NCBI GenBank assembly: GCA_037969075.1
Contig: JBBKWS010000110.1
Span: forward strand, 1-31,617
Source of the DNA: Bdellovibrionales bacterium
GTDB lineage: Bacteria > Bdellovibrionota > Bdellovibrionia > Bdellovibrionales > UBA840
Reading direction: 5' to 3'
Length of the DNA stretch: 31,617 nt
Part shown: positions 25,464 through 31,617 of the stretch, piece by piece
Numbering within the stretch: position 1 is the first letter of the stretch
Layout of the letters: each line of letters begins with the position of its first letter
The notes under the pieces: generated by a model
The model's database searches: none
Seen by the model: only the letters and a program-made list of their open reading frames with translations
What the model was told of the DNA's origin: nothing
Made by a program: the position numbers and the translations under genes

Positions 25464-26253
25464 GCATCTAAATATCGATATTAAAGATACAGTAAGACTT
25501 AGTAAAAAAAAACCAGCATCATCTCAGTCTAAAAACACTGATGATCAAGCAATTGAGCAAGTGCGAAAGATCGTACTGAAAAATAGAAGAATAAGCACGA
25601 AGAACAATCAAAAAAAGAAAAAGGCTCCGTTAAAATTAATTCTGACATGTGCATTACTATTGGCTGTCGCTAGCTATGGCCACTTTAATTACAAAGAACT
25701 GGATGCATTTTTATCAAAAATTGAGATTAGCATTTTTTCAAAGACTTTAGCTAAAGAGGAAAAAGCTGCCACTTCTAAATCAGGAGACACGAAGAAAGTG
25801 CCTACCAACAAAGGTACTGACGTAGCTGCTAAATCCAAAGAGAAGACCTCTTGGACGCAAGAAGAGATCAATATTTTTAAGGGTTTAGAAGACAGAAATA
25901 AGCAACTAGACGAAAGAGAGAAATCATTAAATGTGTTGGCTGAAGAATTGCAGAAGCAAAGAGCAGAGCTTGATGGTAAATTAAAAAAGCTTGAAGATGT
26001 TAGAGAAAATATAAGTAAGACTTTAGGTGAGCAAGTAGAGAAGGACGAGGAAAAATTGAATAAGCTAGTTGAAGTATATTCAAATATGAAGCCTAACAAT
26101 GCTGCTAAGGTATTTGAAAGTTTAGATGAGAATTTGGCTGTCGATGTTCTTACTCGTATGAAGAAAGATAGGGCGGCAAATATATTAAATTTAATAGAAC
26201 CACAAAAGGCACGTAGATTGTCAGAAAAATTTGCGGGTTATGTGAGAAAATAA
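25456..26253 (+). CDS. MotE/FlbB/YlxF-family flagellar protein (TM, coiled coil, MgtE_N-like domain)
   Basis: LVEVYSNMKPNNAAKVFESLD..LAVDVLTRMK...AANIL; position after fliJ. Start 25456 has a GGAG SD. Confidence 0.85.
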   Translation: MDKHLNIDIKDTVRLSKKKPASSQSKNTDDQAIEQVRKIVLKNRRISTKNNQKKKKAPLKLILTCALLLAVASYGHFNYKELDAFLSKIEISIFSKTLAKEEKAATSKSGDTKKVPTNKGTDVAAKSKEKTSWTQEEINIFKGLEDRNKQLDEREKSLNVLAEELQKQRAELDGKLKKLEDVRENISKTLGEQVEKDEEKLNKLVEVYSNMKPNNAAKVFESLDENLAVDVLTRMKKDRAANILNLIEPQKARRLSEKFAGYVRK

Positions 26254-26297
26254 GTAAATAGGATGTTTACTTAGAATACTCTAGGAAGGGGGAAATA

Positions 26298-27938
26298 ATG
26301 AGTGGTGTGAATATTAGTTCACTATCCACTAAGTTAAATGCTTTGGAGAAACTATCTCCAAAGGTTAGTTCTGTATTATCTAAGGATGCAGAGAAAAAAG
26401 AAATATCTACTATATCAAAGGTGGATTCAAAAAAATCTACCAAAACTGATGTAAAAGATAGGGATTCATTTTCTGATGAATTAGAAAAACAAGAGACAAA
26501 AGTTTCTTATAGTAAACCTGCGGAAAATAAACCTACTGGGACAAAACCTGTGATTCAGGAAGTTCAAGAGGATAATTCTGCTGCAGAGTTGAATCCACTG
26601 TTAACCGCGAAGAAAAAAGAAGTCATCGTAGGTGAGCAAGGAGTGGGTGAGCTAAGTGGAACACAAAAACCCATACTAAAATTTCTGGACTCAATGGAGA
26701 GGGAATTAGGAGTGGAGCCAGATCGTGTACTGGCTGCATTTGCTACAATGAGTAGTGATGCACTATTGTTACCACCTCAGCAATCAACACAAGAGTTTGT
26801 AGGGGCGCTAGATTTAAATCAAAATCAAGTACCCAGAGCACAAACTTTGTATAGTGGTTTGCTACAAGAAATGTCTAAAAATGAGTTAGATTTACAGCAA
26901 GATAAGGGTGATGGTTTTATTCATTTAAAACCAAATGAATGGGATTTGATTCCTGATAAGCAAGCTCTGCCAAGAAATTGGAAGATGGAGCAAGCAGCAA
27001 TGCAGAATCAGAATGTTGCCAATTTAAGTAGTAAGTTTTTTGATACTGCTACAGTAAATGGCGAAGTCCCACAGCCGCTTGTCGGAAATGAAGCATCATG
27101 GCTCAATAGTTCAAATGTAACTTTTGATCCTTCAATGTATAATGAGGTCATTGTACCTAGTAATTATATTGATGCTACTGCTCCGATTGATTTGGCGGGG
27201 CCCGATGCAATTTCTGCTGGTAAGTCAGCATTTAATACTAACTTAGCTGCAGCGCCTGCACTTAATCTAAACGGAGAAGGAGAAGCTTCTTTGGATTTAG
27301 GTTTTGGTTCAGATGCGGACGCAGATAATAAGGGACTTAGTGGCGATGTCGATAGCGACAATGTGATTAGTCTTGGACAGAACTCTCCTTCTACTAAATT
27401 ACAAACAGTAGACGGGGTGGTTATTGAACCAACGATTACTCTAAAAGAGCCAGTGAAACCTGAAGAGATTGCGCAGAAAGCCGAGCTACTGATTAAAAAA
27501 GGTGGCGGCGAAATTAAGATGAAACTAAATCCTGAGGGATTAGGAGAAGTGCATCTTAAAGTCGTACTAAATGAAGGTAAGGTAGACGTGCAATTAATGA
27601 CAGATTCACAACAGGCTAAAAAAGCTATTGAATCAGAATTACATAGTTTAAAAGCGGTTATTGCCGAGCATAAGATGGACTTAAGAGACATAAAAGTTGA
27701 TGTGTCTCAAAATTTAGGTCGTCAAATGCAAGAGCAGATGGCAGATCAACAAAGAGAGCATGCTAGACAGTTTTTAAGTTATTTTAGAGAAAATTTTGGA
27801 TCAGGTAGAAGTGCATCTGCGTATGCGGGTGGTACTAAAACCAACAACAGTCAAGATCCTGATGATGTGGTTAGAGCTTCTTCTGGTCAACAGAGAAGAG
27901 CAAGCCGTGAGCCAGGAAGATTGAGTGTTGTAGCTTAA
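26298..27938 (+). CDS. fliK: Flagellar hook-length control protein FliK
   Basis: Long low-complexity N-terminal region; C-terminal GGEIKMKLNPEGLGEVHLKV...V.V domain; precedes flgD. Confidence 0.9.
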   Translation: MSGVNISSLSTKLNALEKLSPKVSSVLSKDAEKKEISTISKVDSKKSTKTDVKDRDSFSDELEKQETKVSYSKPAENKPTGTKPVIQEVQEDNSAAELNPLLTAKKKEVIVGEQGVGELSGTQKPILKFLDSMERELGVEPDRVLAAFATMSSDALLLPPQQSTQEFVGALDLNQNQVPRAQTLYSGLLQEMSKNELDLQQDKGDGFIHLKPNEWDLIPDKQALPRNWKMEQAAMQNQNVANLSSKFFDTATVNGEVPQPLVGNEASWLNSSNVTFDPSMYNEVIVPSNYIDATAPIDLAGPDAISAGKSAFNTNLAAAPALNLNGEGEASLDLGFGSDADADNKGLSGDVDSDNVISLGQNSPSTKLQTVDGVVIEPTITLKEPVKPEEIAQKAELLIKKGGGEIKMKLNPEGLGEVHLKVVLNEGKVDVQLMTDSQQAKKAIESELHSLKAVIAEHKMDLRDIKVDVSQNLGRQMQEQMADQQREHARQFLSYFRENFGSGRSASAYAGGTKTNNSQDPDDVVRASSGQQRRASREPGRLSVVA

Positions 27939-27982
27939 ATAAACTCAGGAGGGGGGAACCCCTCTTGATATAAGGGAAATGT

Positions 27983-28936
27983 ATGATTACGCAAAGGTCG
28001 AATACAACAGGGCAGCTGAATGTTAAAGGACAAGAAGGTAGTATCAAGTCTGATAATACAAAGTTCGATTCTGCAAAGGATAGTCAGAAGCTAGATGGTA
28101 GAGATATCGGTACAGTTTTAAATGAACTTTCTGATCCAAACTATGTTGACCCTAAAAAATTGCGTAAGGTAGGTTCTAATGAGTTAAGCAAAGATGCTTT
28201 TATGAAGCTGATGCTAGAACAAATGAAAAACCAAGATCCAACAAATCCAATGCAGTCGCATGAGATGGCAGCGCAATTAGCGCAATTTACGTCTCTTGAG
28301 CAATTACAAAACATGAATTCGAATATTGGTAAGTTGGTGGATGCGCAGCAGCCACAAGAAAAATACCAAGCGCTTAGCATGATCGGCAAATCAATTAGTT
28401 CAGATTCTTCTTTTATAAACCATGTTGATGGGTCAAAAGAGCATGATGTACGTTTTGATTTAAATGACGACGCTAAGGATGTCGAAGTTGTAATTAGAGA
28501 TGCAGAAGGTAAGGATGTTCGTAAGTATACATTTCATAATCTTAAGAAGGGTACTAACTCGGTTACTTGGAATGCAAGAAATGACGAAGGTTATGAAGCA
28601 AGGCCAGGGGATTTTAGAGTTTTTATCAAAGCTAAAGATGACGGAGGTAAGACTGTCGCAGCCAAGACAGATATTTCTGGACGTATAACAGGAGTAAACT
28701 TAACAGCACAAGGACCTGTTTTAATGGTCGGTAATCAATCAGTGAAGTTTAGTGATGTAAAACAGATCGTTGATCCAGAAGTACTTCAAGATCAAAGTAA
28801 AAAGTTTAAAGACATTACAAATATGGACTTGCAGAAGACCGATGAAGTAGAGGAAAATAAAGGTAGGCAAGCAAAAAGTAATTTAGATCAAGTGCCAATG
28901 GCACGAGAGTTATCTAACAAGATAAAAGAGAAGTAA
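27983..28936 (+). CDS. flgD: Flagellar hook capping protein FlgD
   Basis: LSKDAFMKLMLEQMKNQDPTNPM, AQLAQFTSLEQL, FlgD-Ig region with W-N/D. Confidence 0.96.
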   Translation: MITQRSNTTGQLNVKGQEGSIKSDNTKFDSAKDSQKLDGRDIGTVLNELSDPNYVDPKKLRKVGSNELSKDAFMKLMLEQMKNQDPTNPMQSHEMAAQLAQFTSLEQLQNMNSNIGKLVDAQQPQEKYQALSMIGKSISSDSSFINHVDGSKEHDVRFDLNDDAKDVEVVIRDAEGKDVRKYTFHNLKKGTNSVTWNARNDEGYEARPGDFRVFIKAKDDGGKTVAAKTDISGRITGVNLTAQGPVLMVGNQSVKFSDVKQIVDPEVLQDQSKKFKDITNMDLQKTDEVEENKGRQAKSNLDQVPMARELSNKIKEK

Positions 28937-28939
28937 AGA

Positions 28940-29371
28940 ATGGAAAGTATTAAAACGAACCTTAACTCAAATCGCGTCGGTGGAATCAGTCCCACCCCTA
29001 AGGCACAAGCGCCTAAGGGTGAGGTTAGTTCACAGGGCCCCAGTTTTGAAGAGGTTCTAAAGAGTAATTTAACAGCTAAGCCACAGCTTGGAGAAATACT
29101 TAGTTCGCAAACATCTGGAATTAAATTTTCAAATCATGCCATCGAGAGAATTAAATCAAGAGGTATTGAGATGGGACCAGAGCAGCTTGCAAAACTGAGT
29201 AAAGCAGTGGAAAAAGCTGAGAGCAAAGGGGCTAAAGAGACATTAGTCCTTTTAGATAATGCGTCAGCACTGATAGTAAACATTAAAAACAAAACGGTGG
29301 TGACAGCTCTTGACCAAAACATGATGAAGGATAATGTTTTTACGAATATAGATAGTACAGTAATTTTATAA
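28940..29371 (+). CDS. TIGR02530-like flagellar operon protein
   Basis: IKFSNHAIERIKSRGI, KAESKGAKETLVL, LIVNIKNKTVVTA, NVFTNIDSTVI; lies between flgD and flgE. Confidence 0.88.
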   Translation: MESIKTNLNSNRVGGISPTPKAQAPKGEVSSQGPSFEEVLKSNLTAKPQLGEILSSQTSGIKFSNHAIERIKSRGIEMGPEQLAKLSKAVEKAESKGAKETLVLLDNASALIVNIKNKTVVTALDQNMMKDNVFTNIDSTVIL

Positions 29372-29381
29372 ATTTAAATGA

Positions 29382-29462
29382 AGAGCTGGCCTTAATCTGA
29401 TTGATTAAGAAGCTCTCCTAAACTTCCACTGAATGACTGAGGTGGGATTGGACAGGAGGTCC
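29382..29462 (+). ncRNA. Candidate structured cis-regulatory RNA in the flgE leader (three hairpins)
   Basis: P1 29382-29416, P2 29424-29447, P3 29450-29462; pairings listed under findings. Confidence 0.55.
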
Positions 29463-29465
29463 TTA

Positions 29466-30752
29466 ATGTCTGTTTTAACATCATTATATACTGGTATTTC
29501 AGGTATGAAAGCACAAGGGGAAGCCCTTAACGTTATCGGTGATAACATCGCTAACGCAAATACTACCGGATTTAAATCAAGCCGTGTAGAGTTTCAAGAT
29601 TTAGTTTCCAAATCACTTAAAGGTATTGAGGGTGGTAATCAAATTGGCCGAGGGGTTAAGATTGGTGCGGTAAACCCAATACTGTTACAAGGTACGGTTG
29701 ATCATACAGATAAGGCTACCGATTTAGCGCTATCAGGAGATGGTTACTTTGTGGTTAGAGGATCAGATGGACAAACATTTACAAGAGATGGTTCATTTAC
29801 GTTTGATAAAAACGGATATTTAAAAACTAACGATCACCAATTGGTACAAGGTTTTAAAGTTGATGACAAAGGTAAGACTACGGCAGAGCTAGGGAATATT
29901 CAATTTCCACAAGCATTGATTCCTGCTAAGGCGACTGAAAAAATTGATATGTCATTAAACTTAGACTCAAAATTACCTATCTCTGATAAGTTTGATATTG
30001 AAAATCCGCATGATACGTCACAGTTTTCAACAAGTGTTGAAATGTATGACTCACAAGGCACTAAGCACTTGGTGTATATGCATTTTAACAAAACGGCTGA
30101 TAGAACTTGGGAATACAATGGACTGGTTGACGGATCAGAAGTTGCTGGTGGTAAAGCTGGTCAATTTTCGAAAATTGTTGGTGGTAAAATTACTTTTAAC
30201 GAATACGGTGTTTTAGATACAGAAGAGCAGAGCTTGAATAATTTTAACTTTGCTGGTGGTGCATTTCCAAATCAAAAAGTTAAAATTGATTTTGGTGATT
30301 CATTAACTACGGATAAAGGTAAAGGCGAATTAGGTACTAAACAATACGGTTCTGCTTCTGATTTACATAACTGGAAGCAAGATGGTTATTCTGCGGGTAC
30401 AATTCTTAGCTTATCATTTAATGATGAGGGCACGCTGTCAGCGCAATACTCAAATGGAAATACTAAAGATCTTTTTCAAATGGCATTGGCGAAGTTTGAA
30501 AATTCTGAAGGTTTATTTAAGGCAGGTAATAACCGCTTTAAAGAATCTAAGAATTCAGGAACACCAGCAATCGGTATACCGAATTCAAATGGTCGCGGAC
30601 AAATTTACTCTAAGTCACTAGAAAGATCCACTGTGGATTTAGCTAATGAGTTTGTGAATTTGATTCAGAATCAAAGGTCATTCCAAGCAAATGCTAAGAC
30701 AATCTCTACGACAGATTCATTGTTAGAAGAGATTATCAACCTTAAGAGATAA
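29466..30752 (+). CDS. flgE: Flagellar hook protein FlgE
   Basis: SLYTGISG, IGDNIANANTTGFKSSR, DLALSGDGYF, TRDGSF, YDSQG, LERSTVDLANEFV..I..QRSFQANAK. Start at 29466 follows SD AGGAGG; the ORF track starts at 29433. Confidence 0.97.
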   Translation: MSVLTSLYTGISGMKAQGEALNVIGDNIANANTTGFKSSRVEFQDLVSKSLKGIEGGNQIGRGVKIGAVNPILLQGTVDHTDKATDLALSGDGYFVVRGSDGQTFTRDGSFTFDKNGYLKTNDHQLVQGFKVDDKGKTTAELGNIQFPQALIPAKATEKIDMSLNLDSKLPISDKFDIENPHDTSQFSTSVEMYDSQGTKHLVYMHFNKTADRTWEYNGLVDGSEVAGGKAGQFSKIVGGKITFNEYGVLDTEEQSLNNFNFAGGAFPNQKVKIDFGDSLTTDKGKGELGTKQYGSASDLHNWKQDGYSAGTILSLSFNDEGTLSAQYSNGNTKDLFQMALAKFENSEGLFKAGNNRFKESKNSGTPAIGIPNSNGRGQIYSKSLERSTVDLANEFVNLIQNQRSFQANAKTISTTDSLLEEIINLKR

Positions 30753-30764
30753 TTTTATTCACTG

Positions 30765-30796
30765 AGCCCGCTACATAAAAAGTAGCGGGTTTTATT
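30765..30796 (+). terminator. Rho-independent terminator ending the flagellar operon
   Basis: GCCCGCTAC-ATAAAAA-GTAGCGGGT followed by TTTATT. Confidence 0.85.
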
Positions 30797-30877
30797 CATA
30801 TTATAATTCATAAATAGCTGAAATCTCTGCATTTTTAATTTCTTTAGAAAATATCAAAATATGACGATAATCTATAT

Positions 30878-31617
30878 ATGAAACATAGCTCTTTAATCTT
30901 AGCTTTTTTGCTTTTAGTTTTCGCTACAGCCTACCAAAATTGCTCTGATGTGGAGTTAACTCCGATTACCTTAAAAAGCTTGGTGGATAAGTGCCCAGAT
31001 GCAGTTAAAGATCTAACCATCATAGAAACCCGTAACTCCTCCACCGCAGGTGGAGCATTTAATTATGACTTTCAAGTATTTGAAAAATCAAAGCCAAGCG
31101 GTGTACTTATACCCTTTAAACCAGAATACGAAACAGCCGAGTGGCCACCAAAGTGGTTTAAAGATAACATCGCTGCAGAAAATGACCCCACTGCAGTATT
31201 TTTTAACTATGATGGTGTTGATAAGGTAATTTACCGTACAGACATTCAAGATTTGGGTTGTGATAGGCCAGCAGTGATAAAAGCTAGCTTTAGTTTGTGT
31301 GGCGGCGAAGATTTTAGTTTGACCAAATTTGTACAGGCAAATCCTGTGTGCCCACAGTATTGTGAAGAGTTTGGTGTAAGACGTAACATTGGAGAGGTGG
31401 GTGATTTTTATAAATCATCAAACCCAGTTTGTGGAGAAGCTTGTGAGAAGATTCAAAGAACTTGTTTACCTACTGGTTTGTTTGGTCCTGCATTAGAGCC
31501 CAATGCCACTGTAGATGTAAATAACTACCAGCAGAGTTCATGCAACGAGCCTACGGGCTGCGAACCCCCGCCTCCGCCACCAGTGTCTTGCACTGGATCT
31601 AGAGCGCCACCGACAGG
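30878..31617 (+). CDS. Cys-rich exported protein / probable lipoprotein; 3' end outside window
   Basis: Not in the ORF track; translated by hand and open to the window end: MKHSSLILAFLLLVFATAYQNCSDVELTP...CPQYC...CGEAC...CNEPTGCEPPPPPPVSC. Confidence 0.85.
   Translation, partial: MKHSSLILAFLLLVFATAYQNCSDVELTPITLKSLVDKCPDAVKDLTIIETRNSSTAGGAFNYDFQVFEKSKPSGVLIPFKPEYETAEWPPKWFKDNIAAENDPTAVFFNYDGVDKVIYRTDIQDLGCDRPAVIKASFSLCGGEDFSLTKFVQANPVCPQYCEEFGVRRNIGEVGDFYKSSNPVCGEACEKIQRTCLPTGLFGPALEPNATVDVNNYQQSSCNEPTGCEPPPPPPVSCTGSRAPPT

Noticed and set aside
27945..27968. Hairpin as an intrinsic terminator splitting the operon
   Set aside because: No U-tract follows it, and no promoter is visible before flgD.
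18565..30621. Many antisense or alternate-frame ORFs in the flagellar operon (e.g. 24057-24416, 25689-26099, 27164-27691)
   Set aside because: Ser/Leu/Phe-rich mirror frames of Glu/Lys-rich genes, lying within confident CDSs.
29466..30752. Spirochete-type lysinoalanine self-crosslinking hook
   Set aside because: This FlgE contains no cysteine, which the characterised Treponema reaction uses.
1..31617. Mobile elements, prophage, defence systems, tRNA or rRNA
   Set aside because: No transposase, integrase, phage or defence motifs; intergenic gaps are short and show no cloverleaf or rRNA signatures.

Overview
AT-rich bacterial chromosome segment, most likely from a Bdellovibrionota (Bdellovibrio-like) organism; this is inferred from gene content, gene order and a 'YQNC' signal motif. 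Left to right: glmU-glmS (minus strand, glmS cut by the window edge); a divergent, overlapping run of MpaA-like M14 amidase, HAD hydrolase and soluble histidine kinase; a FleQ/FlrA-type sigma54 response regulator with its own sigma70-like promoter; a porin-like gene with a strong terminator; a sigma54-preceded DUF1640/CCDC90-like coiled-coil gene; trmFO; a DciA/DUF721 gene; a minus-strand unit of lipoprotein-mlaE-mlaF-mlaD-M23 peptidase; a ~15.4 kb sigma54-preceded flagellar operon (large TPR protein, receiver-less bEBP, flgB, flgC, fliE-J, MotE-like, fliK, flgD, TIGR02530-like, flgE, terminator); and the 5' part of a Cys-rich secreted protein. No rRNA, tRNA, CRISPR array or mobile element was seen. 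The most interesting signals are non-coding: a three-hairpin leader between the TIGR02530-like gene and flgE, GGA-loop (CsrA-like) hairpins in front of fliK, flgD and flgE, and related FleQ-box-like motifs upstream of both the regulator and the flagellar operon. All RNA structures were paired by eye and family calls rest on recognised motifs, not database searches.
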